Positions 42,741-58,103 are shown, numbered from the stretch's first letter. The stretch is DNA of 64,000 nucleotides from Octopus vulgaris (GCA_951406725.2 OX597838.1:2666001-2730000); one strand, 5' to 3'. A program made the numbers and translations. The notes: a model not told the origin generated them from the letters alone.

Positions 42741-44021
42741 TATAATAGAACGTTACGAAAAGCACCACAACACAAGGCCACAGCACTCTCTTGTCCTTAT
42801 TCCAGCGCCACAGCTACTGCAAGTCCAACATCGATTTTGTACTCTTTGTTGTAAACTGACACCATCACCTATGCCACTACCACCAATATTACCACCACCA
42901 ACAACAACAACAACAACACTAGCACGAGCTTAACATGGCTTTTAATGTAAATAAATACAACACAACCTTAAAATTGACAACTGCAACACAATTACCTAAA
43001 CACAAAGGCCAACACCACCACCAACAACAACAACACCACCAACAACAACAACACCACCACCGCCAACAAGAAATATAACGGTCAACATTACTGCTACTAT
43101 AAGCGTATTTAGTCACCTGACTAATACGACCACCGCTACCACGCCTACACTACCACTACTGTACTACTGTCACAGAATCAATACTACCAGGGCCAAAACC
43201 ATCACATTGCCACCATCTTGACTACCTTTTCACTACCTCCGTACCATCACCTAAACTACATTAGCACGAACATCATCACACCACTACGACTACCACCACA
43301 ACCACCACACTACCGCCACCACCCCCTTCCGCCATCGTCACCAACACAACAAACACCAATACAATCTTTTAAACAAGATATGTGTATTTTGTTTCAATTC
43401 TGGACACACTAACAACACTACAACCACAGCCACCACCACCACCACCACCACCATTGCTAACACTGCAAACAACACCCCCAACTATAACCACCACTACATT
43501 TCGCTGACAATACTATCACCATCACCATCACCATCACTACCACAACTAGCACCATCACCACCACCACTACCACCACTACCATCACCACCACCACTACCAC
43601 CACTACCGTCGCCACCATCATCATGACCATAACCAGTTATGTGTATTTTGGTGTTAAACAATTTCCACCATTCCCCTCACTCCAACAAGACCACCACACA
43701 ATTTTTCAACAACTACAACGACGACCACCACCACCACCACCACCACCGCCTAAACAAACTATGTGTATTTTGGTGTTAACGAATAAGAAAACAAACCAAG
43801 GAAAGACAAGATGTATTTATTAGAGAGATGAATGGAAGATAAACCAATTAGACGTGTGTGTGTGTGTGTGTGTGTGAGTGCCCGGGGATGTTGATGTATG
43901 TGTGTGTCTGTTGTACAAGTATGCGTACATTGTTATGTGTGTGTGTGTGAGGAGTTATGTATGCGCTTTCCGTGTCTGACGGGACGGATGTATATGTCTG
44001 TATATGAAGTGTCAGTGTGAA

Positions 44022-44056
<35 letters not shown>

Positions 44057-44146
44057 ATACATCATTATGTATGCATCTATGTATATGGAGGTGTACATCT
44101 GTGTACATATATAGATGCATATAAACTTATATATAAACACGCACGC

Positions 44147-44223
<77 letters not shown>

Positions 44224-44661
44224 GCATCTTTATATATATATATTAATGTGTGTGTTATGTGCGTATGTGTGTGTAGGTATGAATGTGGCAGTGTGTGCGT
44301 GCGTGAGTGTTTAAGTGTATTACATATATTAGGATGTGTTTAGGCCGGTCCACAAAAAAGATTGATAAATTAAAATATGAAACAAGCTCGACAGACAAAT
44401 GAGAGTTGATGTGGGAGAGAGAGAGAGAGAGAGAGAGTCAGAGAGGAGGGAGGGAGAAAGGGAGAAAGAGAGATAAAGAGACAGACAGAGAAGGGAGAGA
44501 GAAACAAAGAAAGAACTCTATTTCAATTTAAAATTGCCTACAGAATATATGTGTGTGTGTGGCATATATTTGTATATATGTATATATATGTATATATACA
44601 TACATATATATACTTATATATAAACGTATATATATATATATACCTATGAATAGACATGTAA

Positions 44662-44722
<61 letters not shown>

Positions 44723-44788
44723 ATATATGTATGTATGTATTTACACGTATATATATTATAATATATATATATTTATATACGTACATAC

Positions 44789-44839
<51 letters not shown>

Positions 44840-44961
44840 CATACATATATGTATGTGTATGTTTATATGTATATATGTGCGTATGTGTGAGACAACTGAG
44901 AAACAGGGCATTATACATGCGTACACTTGTTACAAAATAACGACACACGCATACACACACA

Positions 44962-45047
<86 letters not shown>

Positions 45048-45076
45048 CATACAAGCATAGTTTTTGAAGCAGAAAC

Positions 45077-45128
45077 TTCATAACTCTGAGTTTCTTGTTT
45101 TGTCGGTCCTGATCGATCTTCGGATGAA
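45077..45128 (-). ncRNA. Hammerhead-like motif downstream of the PLE ORF
   Basis: TTCAT CCGAAGA TCG...CAA GAAAC tcaga GTT ATGAA, with a perfect 5-bp stem I and a core variant U4C. Confidence 0.5.
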
Positions 45129-45699
45129 AATATTAAATGTTTTGAGGAAATGAAGTATAATTATCTGAATATTTGGACAAGCTCCCATTGGTTAATATTA
45201 TTGGAGCAAAATGTTCTGATTGGTTGATCATATAACCCTTATACACAAGTAAATACAAGAAATACAAAATATAAAATGTTAACAAAATGTGTGAGTATTT
45301 GGTAATGGTGTTGGGAAAAGAAAACAGGGAAAATAATTGAAAATGGGAATATTGAAAAATGAGAAAATTCAATACAACGATATGTGCAAAATGGCGTTAA
45401 TAAAAGGACATTGTTTCACTTAACGAATATGAAGATAAAAAAAAATGTTTACAAAGAAGTTGTTAAGAATGGAGTGAAGGAGATTTTTAGAATATATATA
45501 TTTTTAAAATGATCGGCAGAATGTAATGTGCGGATGTACTATTTAGCCAGCCAGTGTAAGGAAAATAAGTCAAACGTGTCAAGACTTTATTAACAAATGC
45601 AGCGTGGTGAGTCGAGTAAATATGAGAATATGGCTGGGGAGAAAAACCATTTTGCCAAAAGGAGATCAAATAAATTTGATGTTTGGAGGGAGACAAGGA

Positions 45700-46700
45700 A
45701 TAAAATTACAACATAGAAATTTTTGGAGTGTGTTTACACATATTTAGTTGTTCAGACCATTCCTCTAACGCCTGTGAGTCTCGGCAAAGAAAAAAGAAAA
45801 GTTTCTCAGCTAAATGTAGTAACAAAACAGATTTCGAATAAGAAGAACAAACTTTTTAAGTTCCATCCTGTAAAAAGCGCGATGAGTGAATTCTTTCAAG
45901 GACCAAATGTTCTCGGACCAACTTATAGAATAAGTTTTCTCCGGATGTTTGAAGGAGTATCTATGTTGGTAATAACGTAATTTGAAATGTTTCTCAGTAA
46001 ATCCCATGTAAGTTTTAAACAGAGTACTGTCATCACTCTGTCTACCTTAACGTAATTCACCAATGATTTCGAAAGGCAGCATTAAGTGGACAGTTGTCCG
46101 AAGCAATACAATTACAGGCACAAAGAGATTTTAAATGATTGTTCTTGCAGAGTGTTTCAGCATTGAAGCGATTGATTGAACAAACAAAATTCTTACAGTT
46201 AGAATAATTACCTTCAGCTTTGCTTCTATCGGGAAGTGAAAAGAAATTAAATTTAGAAATTCTTTCTAATATTTTGTATTATACGACAGGATATTTCTAG
46301 ATCTATTCTTACGCTTTGATAGATCGAGTAGCCATGTATTGTATTTTCTCTGAAACGCCGCTATTTTATAAAGCCGTATTATGATAAGTACTAAAATGTG
46401 TCTTCATCCGAGGATAGTGAAGAGATACGTTTAATAAAATTAGAAATTAAATTTCGTTGAATAACTCGCAGTTGAGTTCAAATCATATTGATATAACATA
46501 ATTTCTCATTAGGTGTTTGAGAAGATCAGACTTTGTGTCCACGTTTAAAGTAATATCTAAAAAGAAATAACTCTTCTAAAATCGGTATCAACAGTGATTC
46601 TTAAATCTATGTAACAAAGCAGCGCTATGATGTTTGGTCCCGTTCAAAGAAATGATGTAACTTGTGTTTAACCGAGAAACTTTTCATTTTATTCACTGAC
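45700..46700 (-). mobile_element. Decayed Penelope-like element (RT C-terminus, linker and GIY-YIG endonuclease)
   Basis: Minus-strand pieces FLDITLNV, KRISSLSSDEDTF, KEFLNLISFHFP, CNCIASDNCPLN, TYMGFTEKHFKLRYYQHRYSF...IWSLKE, LAEKLF...NMCKH appear in canonical PLE order. Confidence 0.8.
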
Positions 46701-46900
46701 TTCTATTATATTAAAGATCAGAATTAATAACTTCCCGCAAACACGCTTCGAAATATTTACTGTATCATTTTCGTCCTTGTATTTTTCCAGTCAACTAATT
46801 CATTTGATCTGCTTCTGGTAAAATAAACTTTCGATGCCGTATTCTGAGCTCTAATCGAATTTTAGTATAGATAGCTAGCTAGCTAGCTAGATAGATAGAT

Positions 46901-47204
46901 ATGTTTCTTTATTAGCTACACAGGGCTGCACAAAGACAGGACAAATTACAAGGTAGAGCTTTTCTTTTGGGGGTAAAAAAAGGGGATTTGGTTTTCGATC
47001 AAAAGGGATCGTAAAGAGAAAGAAAGAGGACGAAAAAAGGGGGGAATCATTTTTTTTTTAAAAAGGGGGGATGATCAATGGGGATCGTTATCACAGAAAT
47101 GTCAATATGAAGTGTAAAGGGGAGGACAGGGGAGGTTTACCCGTGAAAAGAAAAGCCTACGGAAAAGACCACGGTAACCTCGGTCAATGAAGTCTGAACA
47201 AGGA

Positions 47205-47205
<1 letters not shown>
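46901..47205 (-). mobile_element. Retrotransposon 3'-end copy embedded in (ATCT)n; shorter copies at 47394-47570 and 48420-48533
   Basis: Shared ...agctctaccttgtaa.ttgtcc..tct.tgtgcagccctgtgt.gc.AATAAAgaaac followed by microsatellite; the 48420 copy has only the internal cgatc..gatcgaaaacc segment. Confidence 0.75.
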
Positions 47206-47253
<48 letters not shown>

Positions 47254-47353
47254 CAGACAGACAAACGGACGAACGGACGGACGGATGGACAGACAGACAG
47301 ACAGACTGACTGACGGACGGATGGATAGATGGATGGGTTGATAGATAGATAGA

Positions 47354-47393
<40 letters not shown>

Positions 47394-48281
47394 TAAGTTT
47401 CTTTATTGGCCACACAGGGCTGCACACAGATGGGACAAGTTACAAGGTAGAGCTTTTCTTTTTGGGGAGAAAAAATGGTGGCGTAGGTTTTCGATCAAAA
47501 GGAATCGTAAAAGGGAAAAAAGGACAAAAAAAAGAAAAAAAGGAAAGGGAAAAGGAACAAAAGAAAAGATAGATAGATAGATAGTCTATGGATGGATGGA
47601 TGGACAGAAAGCAAGACAAGCAGACCAATGCGTGTGTCCTTGGTGTCTAATTGAAGAGTTTGTAAATGACAGATTTTATGCGCATTTCTTAAGAGTTCTG
47701 AATATGTATTCAATCCATATGGCCATCACAGCTGAAAACTGACAAAACAACGTTTCTATATTTGTAATTTGGCTTACGTTAAGCTATGTTTATTGAGTGA
47801 CTTTACACACCATACTACACACACGTTGTGAAGAAGAACATCATGAAACTGGGAAAATAAAGAGAGAAGTCATGGTTTGTACAACAACGAACAGATATAA
47901 AAAATATTTTACAAAAATTAGCATATATATATATATATAGTTTATTATCACAGCATATATATATGTGTGTGTGATTGTGTGTATGTGTGTGTGTATACAT
48001 AAATGTACATAAAGATATATGCGTATGAGTTCATCTCTGAGTGTATACGTATTTAAGTAGGAGGCAGGGAAATTATTTCGAAAAGAAAAGGCATTTTAAG
48101 CATGAATAAATCCGCTGAAGGGCGGATTTGTACCAGTATACCGTGTCTAAGAGAAATGCCGACAGGGAAATAGTAAACCCGAGAGTTTAATGAAATGCCA
48201 AGAGGTCGACGAATACATGCCGATTGAAGGAACGTATGTAATATGTATACATGCATATGAAGATAGATATACCGATATACT

Positions 48282-48417
<136 letters not shown>

Positions 48418-48532
48418 TAAAAAAACAAAAAACAAAAGAAACAAAAAAAAGGGGGGTGGCGTAGGTTTTCGATCAAGAGGGATCGTAAAAGGAAAGAAAA
48501 GAACAAAAAAAAAGAAAAGAAAAAGAAAAAAA

Positions 48533-48601
<69 letters not shown>

Positions 48602-49644
48602 AGATAGATAGATAGAAAGGTAGATGGATAAAAGGTAATATATTAAATTATATTTTGATCTTTTTATAAAACATATACCTACATAAATGTATATATTATA
48701 TATATGCATATAATTTATACATATGTATGCTAACAAAGGTACATACACACTCACACATACATTTACATATACATGTGTGTATATAGGTACGTGCATATAT
48801 ATACTGCAAACATACACACACACACACACAATACCATATCCTAGTATACTGGTTTTTACACTATCTCTATTTAATTTCTTCTATCGTTCTTCTGCTAATA
48901 TATTGAAGCATTGTCTTCGAGAGATTTTCCCACAGTATGGTGATCCGATATCCGATTCTGCCAGATAAGATTTAACCCTACGCTGCCTTTTTATGCAGAC
49001 TTGACATGTTTTTGATAGTTCCATTTCACAGTAGCAGAGTCTGTGACTACCTTACCAATTTCCAGGAATAAAATTCTAAAAGAATGAAACCACAAAAGGC
49101 AAATTTCCCGAATTCTCATTTTCTTTCTTCGTTTTTTGGGCTTTTCTTTTTCGCGTTTTCCACGTAATTCGCCGTCCGTAACTATTATATCAGCTTCGTC
49201 TCACGTGACTATTCTCTGCAACCTTTTGCGTGCTTTTTACCACTGCTATCCTTTTCCATTCTTTCAGAATACCAAGTCATAAAAGAAATCATTAGAATAA
49301 AACATCTTTTAGCCTGTTTGCTACAATGATGGTCATACGAAATGGCTCTATTACTGGCGTGTTTCCAAAACTCCAGACCTTTGGAAAATCTACTTTCCTA
49401 TCAGTCATACCATGGAGAAAAAATAGAAGAATGTTTCTTTTTTATTTTGTTTTCGTTTTCAAGTTTGTATTTTTCTTTTTTTTTCTGTTCAAAATTTTTA
49501 TTTTTATTTTTCAAGTATAAGTTAACCAAAGTCTTTTATAGAATTCCTTAGACATTTGATTGAGTTGTGGCTTTCGCAGATGTCAGAATCAGCTTCAGGA
49601 GAAATGTTGTGAAAATATATTCAGAGATGCAGGAGTGGTTCATA

Positions 49645-49805
49645 GGCGCAGGAGTGGCTGTGTGGTAAGTAACTTGCTTACCAACCACATGGTCCTGGGT
49701 ACAGTCCCACTGCGTGCCACCTTCGGCACGTGTCTTCTACTATAGCCTCGGGCCGAACAAAGCCTTGTGAGAGGATTTGGTAGACAGAAACTGAAAGAAG
49801 CCCGT

Positions 49806-49808
<3 letters not shown>
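49645..49808 (+). mobile_element. SINE family B
   Basis: ggcgcaggagtggctgtgtggtaagtaacttgcttaccaaccacatgg...gaagcccgtcg followed by (TA)n. Confidence 0.9.
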
Positions 49809-49893
<85 letters not shown>

Positions 49894-50736
49894 AATATAA
49901 AGCAAACGATGATGATGATGTAAATGTTGGCACGAGACCAGCAATCTCGTTGGAGGTTCTAATGATTCTGCTAACTCGCTGCCCTAGTATTGCATAATAT
50001 ATTGAAGCAGTAATCACCTGAAGAAATATACAATAGATTAATATACACGTCTACTTTCTACTTCGTATATAAATATAACCGCTGTTGGCGCAATACATAG
50101 TAAAATACTGATCACGTGTCTAAAGATAATTATTTGTAGTACAACATAGTTTCAATTAATGACTAGTCTTCAACTAAATCCGCTGCAGGCGAAAGCTGTA
50201 ACCAGCATCACAGATTTTGATATGACAGAGGCCGCTCTCAATAAGTCACAACACAGGAGACAGGCGACAATAATAACAGTTGCAGCCATTGAAAGCCAGC
50301 GCCATCTAGTAAAGTTACGATATGAGAAAATGGATTATAAAAGGATTAATGCATTCATAGCTGTATATTCCCTATCGATGCTTTATCTCAAAAACCTTCA
50401 AACGCACACCTTACATATAATCTTTCCGATAGATATCTTTTAATACAGAGTGTGTGTGTGAGAGAGAGAGAGAGAATCTTCTAGAACCTGCAACAGGAGA
50501 TATGTTAGAACCCTCCAAAAATCGAGGGGACAAACACCTCTTTGGAACGAAATCGCTGATTGGTTCATTGAACTGTATTTGACACAATACCTTCAAAGAA
50601 CTTATCGTTTATGAATGAAGGTAACATGCTCCCTCTCCTTGCTTGATGTGGGTAACCAAGTGCATCACCCTTTTATAGTCGAGGCCTATCGTTCTTGCTA
50701 AGATGATCTCCCAACTCTCCATTCGGTCTCTCTCAC

Positions 50737-50963
50737 TTAAACCCTTTTACAACGGGAATCTAATATAGCCACTCAGTGTTATAAAGTAGTCTATCTTTCG
50801 TTAAGGAATATCTAAAACTACTTTCGTTGAGACAAGTCAAGTTTATTAAGACAACGTGACTTGCAGGAAATACCAAGTCTATATATATATTTTTTTTCTT
50901 TGCAGATATTTAACTTCATTACAGGGACTTCTACAAGTTTTAATTTCACAGTGAAAGGGTTAA
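50737..50963. mobile_element. Possible piggyBac-type MITE
   Basis: Ends ttaaacccttttac and gtgaaagggttaa resemble TTAA-CCCTTT...AAAGGG-TTAA; imperfect. Confidence 0.3.
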
Positions 50964-51951
50964 AGAAATACAGAAAATATTCCATTTCTTTTTTCATTTG
51001 TTAAACTTTAAATCGAATATCGAACCAAATATTTCTTGTGGTGGTGAAGCAAAAAGAAAAAGAGTAAACTGGAATTGAACCTCGTTCTTTTGGTATCTGT
51101 TTCCTACCTGGTTCATGAAAAATTGAGACCAACATTTGCCTACTAATTCTGGTTATTATTCTTGTAGAACTGTGACGTCTCCTGGAACATGTCGGGAAGT
51201 AGCTTCAGTTACAGAGGTCATTTATTTCCGTTCCTCCATTTAGACAGCAAATATCGTTTAGTAATTATTTTGTGGGCGGCTTCTAGAAGCGTTAAAAGAA
51301 GAGGCTGCAATGTTTTGCGGTTCTGCTGTAAGAACTGACATATTCTAAATTGGAGCCGAACTGTTACGATTCGCCATTACCACCACCACCATTTCACTCC
51401 CTTCCGTCATCATCCACTTTATCGTCATCGCCGTCACAGCTTTCACCTCAAAACATCGCACTTTAACGATTCGTTTATCATCATTATTCACATTTTCACT
51501 TTAAAAGGGAAAAAAATAGTAAAAGCACAAAGAAACGGGAGGGGGGCAGCATTGAAATAATCAGAAAGAGGAGTAGAAGAGGAGGCGGTGGGGGAGAAGT
51601 AAATGCAACGACGACGACTACGACGACAACTACAGGGATTGCGGCGGCGACGTTGACGACTGCGAGGATACGAGGAATGACACACCACCGTCAACAGGAT
51701 CGAACAACAATAACAACAACAACAACAACAACACATAGAACAGAATATTAACGAAGCCCCGCCACCACCGCCACCATCACTTGTACCTAAAGCAACAAAA
51801 TACCAGCATCACCACCAAAAGCAAATACAATAACTACTACTACTACTACTACTACTACTCAACAAATACGTCAACAATAATAACAACAGAACCAACACAA
51901 TAATACCGACATCAACGACACCAACAAGCACTACTAACGCTACAACTATTA

Positions 51952-52620
51952 CGAAGAAGGAGGAGGAGGAGGAGAAGAAGAAGAAGAACAAGAACAAGAA
52001 GAAGAAGAAGAAGAAGAAGGAGGAGGAGAAGGAGAAGAAGAAGAAGAAGGAGGAGAAGGAGAAGGAGGAGGAGGAGGAGGAGGAGGAGGAGGAGGAGGAG
52101 GGGAGGAGGAGAACAAGAAGAAGAAGAAGAAGAAGAAGAAGAAGAAGGAGGAGAAGGAGAAGAAGAAGAAAAAGATAATAAAAAAGAAGAAGGAGAAGGA
52201 GGAGAAGAAGAAGAAGGAGAAGGAGAAGGAGAAGGAGAAGAAAAAGATGATGAAGAAGAAGAAGGAGGAGGAGGAGGAGGAGAAGAAGAAGAAGAAGAAG
52301 AAGAAGAAGAAGAAGAAGAAGGAGAAGGAGAAGGAGAAGAAAAAGATGATGAAGAAGAAGAAGGAGGAGGAGGAGGAGAAGAAGAAGAAGAAGAAGAAGA
52401 AGAAGAAGAAGAAGGAGAGGAGAAGAAGAAGAAAAAGATGATGAAGAAGAAGAAGAAGGAGGAGGAGGGAGAGAAAAGAAGAAGAAGAAGAAGACGAAGA
52501 AGAAGAAGAAGATGAAGAAGAAGAAGAAGAAGCCGAAGAAGAAGAAGAAGAAGACGAAGAAGAAGAAGAAGAAGAAGAAGAAGAATAGGAGTAGGGGTGG
52601 ATGAGGAGGGAGAGGACGAA
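51952..52620. repeat. ~670-bp polypurine (GAA/GAG) tract with higher-order duplications
   Basis: Almost purely A/G; the unit aaaagatgatgaagaagaagaagg recurs at ~52242 and ~52341, with a variant at ~52433. Confidence 0.95.
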
Positions 52621-52985
52621 CAACAACAACAACAACGTCAACGACGACGACAACCACAAGACAAAAATTAAGAACAATAACAAACATCAACAACAACAAC
52701 AACAACCAAAGTTCAACAACATCAACAACACAAACATCATCATCATCAGCAGCAGCAGCAACAGCTTCAACAACAACAACAACAATCACAATAATAATCA
52801 CGAGAATAATGTCGTTCATCTGGAATTCTCTTTTATCTCCATCTTTAAAGATTGCAACACTTTCCTACATCCATTGTTGGTATTCTTCGAGTCTTTCTTT
52901 CGATAAATCTTCGCCATTATCTGGGAAACTCTTCCCCCAACGCCTTCTCCTTTTCTTACTTTCTTTCATTCATTTTGCTTTCTTT

Positions 52986-53019
<34 letters not shown>

Positions 53020-53363
53020 GCTGCTACTTCATATTTTTCTCCTCCTTCTTCTTTTTCTTCTTTTATTTCTTCCTTTCCTCCTTCTCTTCCCCTTCCACTT
53101 CAATTTTTGAAATTATTCTTCCTCCTCTTCTTCCTCTGCCTCTTCTTCTTCTTTAAATTCTTTAAACTCTTCTTCAAAGCATCAACACTATCTTCATCAT
53201 CATAATCATTAGCAGCAGCAGTATCATCATCACCATCATCGTTGTCATCAGTATCATCTTCATCATTATCATAATCATCATCATTATTATCACCATTGTT
53301 GTTGTTGTTGTTATTGTTATTATTATCATTATTATTATTATTATTATTATCATCATTATTATT

Positions 53364-53410
<47 letters not shown>

Positions 53411-53754
53411 CATCATCATCATTATTATTGTTATTATTATACGCCATCTTCTTTCATCCTCTTCCAGTCTCCACCGCTATTCCTTATTATTTCCAGTTAC
53501 CATTCTCTAACTCATCTCATAAATTTTAATTTTCTTTTATTCTTCCAACTCTTTCATATCGTATTTCTTTTATTTCTTTTTAAGGTTCCCGCAATTGAGG
53601 AAATCTTCGTCGCCCGTTACCATGCAAGAAATAGCAACCAAATCTCGATTAAATAACACACTTCGGAAGGAAGGACAATATAAGCCTAGATAGACTACGC
53701 TGCAAAACAAAAAATAGCTGAACATTGCTGGGAAACATTTGATCCTGAGTCTGC

Positions 53755-54030
53755 TGGGTGGATTTGAGCTCAGAACATTAAGACGGACAAAAGACTGTTT
53801 AAGTATTTTTTCCCGGCGTGCTACCGATTCTGCCAGCTCACTGCTTTAATTTGAATACATAAGGAAAAGAGGAAGTAGTGATGGTTTCAAATTTTGGCAC
53901 AAGGCCAGTAATATTGGGGGAGGGGGTAAGTCGATTACATCGATCCCAGCATTCAACTTGTACTTATTTGATCGATTCCCAGGGGATGAAAAGTAAAGTC
54001 GGCCAAAAAGAGAGTGGACTCAGATCCAGC
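53755..54030 (-). mobile_element. Two SINE family A fragments
   Basis: gatttgagctcagaac...ttctgccagctca and ttggcacaaggccag...gtcgattacatcga...tacttatttgatcga. Confidence 0.75.
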
Positions 54031-54968
54031 AATAATTAGATGACCGTAGAGAAATTAATTATAAATAACAAATTTACTGGATTTCAGCAAAGAAACTATA
54101 CTTTCGCCAGTTTGAAATTGTTCGTCAGAAACTAATGTTATTTTAAATCTGTGAGTGGTGCAAAATAATTTCAAAACATAGGTGTGTGTCTCAAGCATTA
54201 TAAACAAATTTGAATACGTAACAAAAGGAGAGATGTGACTTCTTCACAGAGGATGACGCAAAGAACAAGTGACAGAGAGAGGGGGGGGAGAATTTAACAA
54301 AACAACTTTGAATGCTTTGAGATGAATACAAACTTACGTCACAACGTTAAGTTCCTACATCACCAACACAAGCGAATATTTTAAATATATACAAGCACTA
54401 ATTAATAAAATGAATAATTTTGAAGAAAGAAATAGATGCATCATTAAATAAACGAAATAACAAAAAAAAATAGGTAAAATAATAAACAATCAAATACACA
54501 AAAGAATGAATATAAAAATGCTCTTTTCGATTTATGTTACGGCACGAAGTATACGCAGACACTGGCTTAAACATGAAGATAAACTCTCACATTTATGTGT
54601 GTGTGTGTGTATACACCCACATATGTTTTATAAATATATATATTTTGATAGATAGATAGATATAGATAGATAGATGCATGCATACATACATATATACATT
54701 GGTAGATATAGATAGATAGATAGAGAGAGAGCGAGAGAGAGAGAGAGAGATGTCTATGTATATATGCGTATATGCAGTGGTGGGGGAGTCTAAAGTAAAG
54801 TGTGGATAGAGCAGCTAAATAAATCAGGAAAGTGAATCCATAGGAATACAATGATATATAGTGGTAGAATATTAAAACAAAGCCAGGGAAAATTGATGCG
54901 TTGACGTGTTAAAACTTATAGCTAAATCCCCTTGGAATCATACCATGCCATCTTGAATATCAATCTAG

Positions 54969-55016
<48 letters not shown>

Positions 55017-55129
55017 CACACACACATACTTTTATATACACAGCTTATAGTTACGTTGTAGGTAGGATCAACGAAAAAATATTCCATCCAGTGAGACAAA
55101 TGTCTTTTGTAAACTGTGTATAGTAGATA

Positions 55130-55202
<73 letters not shown>

Positions 55203-55269
55203 ACAGAGAGAGAGAAGGGAGAGAGAGATTGAGAACATATTTACATTTACATATACATTATGTACACAT

Positions 55270-55310
<41 letters not shown>

Positions 55311-55332
55311 TATATGTACACTCATATAATAG

Positions 55333-55365
<33 letters not shown>

Positions 55366-55386
55366 CACACACACACACACATATGT

Positions 55387-55422
<36 letters not shown>

Positions 55423-55694
55423 CCATCACTCAAACACGCACTCACACACGCCCAAACCTACAAATCCAAACCGCAGCTACGTTAAACACAACAGGATGAA
55501 CTGCCAAACACATTACAAAGAGAAAAACCACAAATTTGATTTCTCTTTCGTCTCCATTCAGCCTCCTCACCGATTCATCTTGCATAATCTATGCATCTGT
55601 GCCCGACCCTAACCCCTACTCCCACGCATCGTATTTCGATTCTCTTTTATCAACAATTAACTTTATAATTACTTAATAGATAAATGAATTGGTG

Positions 55695-56020
55695 AAGAGG
55701 CGTGGCTTTGTGGTTAGGTTTAGTCTGTTCACGATCGTAAAGCCGTGATTTCGATTCCCGGCGACGTGTTGTGTCCTTAAGCAAGACACTTTACTTCACA
55801 TTGCTCCATTCAACTCAGCTGGCAAAAATGAGTAGTACCTGTAATTCAAACGGGCCAGCCTTGTCACACTCTGTGCCTCACTGAATCTCCCTGAGAACTA
55901 CGTTAAGGGTACATGTGTCTGTGGAGTGCTCAGCCACTTGCACGTTGATGTCACGAGCAGGTTGTTCCGTTGATCGGATCAACTCGAAAGCTCGTCGTCG
56001 AGACCGACGGAGAGCCATTT
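55695..56020 (+). mobile_element. tRNA-derived CORE-like SINE, family D
   Basis: A-box ggcgtggctttgtggtt and B-box atttcgattccc; CORE-like gtgtccttaagcaagacactttac; distinct 3' tail. Confidence 0.75.
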
Positions 56021-56778
56021 AATAAATTAGTTTACCAAACCGAGACTTACTCGCTAACGATGTTACCCATCCTCCACCTGCTCGGCCCTATCAAATACAC
56101 CCTTGCTGCCCTTTTCCTGTCATATATGCGCATGCATGCATGCGCGTGGGGCGCGGGTTTGGGTCCTATTTGATTGGTGATTATCGTTAGCTTTGAAGTC
56201 ACTGCCTTTCCTAGAAAATATTCATGATGCACGTAGTTTGTTTGTGCGTAAAATACGATGTTGCATCGTTCTAAAATGAAAGTTCTGAATGCAGGGCTTG
56301 TGCAAAAGGTAGGAGACGAAACTCCTGAAGAAAATACAAAAAAAGGGGCAGCAATAAAGGACGAGACCCTGTGACTGAGAACATAGGCCCAACCCATGTA
56401 TTCGAAAACCGGATTAAAAGGGGTGGTATTTGTGGTGGTGGTGGTGGTAGTGGTGGTTGTGGTGATGGTGGTGGTAGTTGTGGTAGTGTTGGAGGCGATG
56501 ATGAGGATGATGATGGTGATCATCATAATCATCATCATCCTCACATCATAATCATGATATACACATTCATCTAACGAATAATTTATTTCTGTAAAGTTAC
56601 AAATGTAATTTGTATAACAGCATTGAAAAGTTAAAGTATTTACTAATGTGTGTGTGTGTGTGTGTGCCCATATATATGGCAAGATACTCTATATATAACA
56701 AATGTACATACTTATATATAAATGTACGTATGCATGTTGCGAATGTGCATGTGTAATATACATATATGTATGAATGTT

Positions 56779-56809
<31 letters not shown>

Positions 56810-57600
56810 ACACATCCCAAGACACACCCACATTATTTCAAAATTAATAGCTGGTCGCTCCACCCCTCCGTAAACATCCCACCGCCACCATCACCACCGA
56901 CATCACCAACAACACAACCACCACCATCACCACCACCATTCCCCTCACCCCTTTCTTCTCACAAAGCATTACATATTTTTTCCTTTCTTTTTTTTTTGTT
57001 AACTCTTTTAATTATTTCTTGCCGCTCCAACAATTCCTGCCAGACTTCTATGTAAGTAACTTATCAATCACCTATGCACTTACATTGACATGCCTCCAGA
57101 CAGATATCTCAACCGTATTCTTATCAACATTTCGCATCAGGCATTTTCCCCTAGAATCGCATTAGTTTTAGTTAAAGGTCTATTGATTTATTTTTTTTCT
57201 CTTCTCTTCTTCCAAGCAACAAATTCCTCCTTTTCACATATCCATGTTATATTTTTTTTTGTATTTGTTAGCGTATGTATATATACTTTTATTTATTTCA
57301 TTTTATTGTGTTTGTTTTTTAAGTTTTCCATTAGATTCTCATTGTATTTATTTAATTTATTTTTCTATTTTTGTATTCCTCTTCCATTCATGCAAACTTT
57401 GAAACTACATGTAAAATATATTTAAAATATATACAAATTTTACATATATGCATAAAAACACACATATACATGCATATATATATATGAATGAATGTATATA
57501 TATATATATGTGTGTGAATGTATGTATGTGTATATGTATATATATATATATATATATATGAATGAATGTATATATATATATGTGTGAATGTATGTATGTG

Positions 57601-57651
<51 letters not shown>

Positions 57652-57866
57652 GTGTGTGTGTATGTGTGTGAATGTATGTACGTGTATATATATATATATA
57701 TATATACGTACATATGTATATGTATTATTTGTATATACGCATGTGTGTGTGTGTAGGCTTCTATATTTGTAAACATTAATCATCCGTTATATACACAAAG
57801 GTGTCAACTTAATAGTTGAAATACTGAACGACAATGTACGAAGTTTTCGCTAAAACTTTATATGCG

Positions 57867-57980
<114 letters not shown>

Positions 57981-58103
57981 GTACACATGTCACAATTTCT
58001 AATTGAATTTGAAAGACGTTACTGCACAACGGTTTTAAAGTGCTTTCACACATTCGTATCAAAACTGCGATTTTGTTCACTACTCATTGAATGCCTCTCT
58101 ACA

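Noticed and set aside
51809-52819. Longest ORF (336 aa, poly-L/F/S), superficially a membrane protein
   Set aside because: It is the antisense reading of the (GAA/GAG)n tract.
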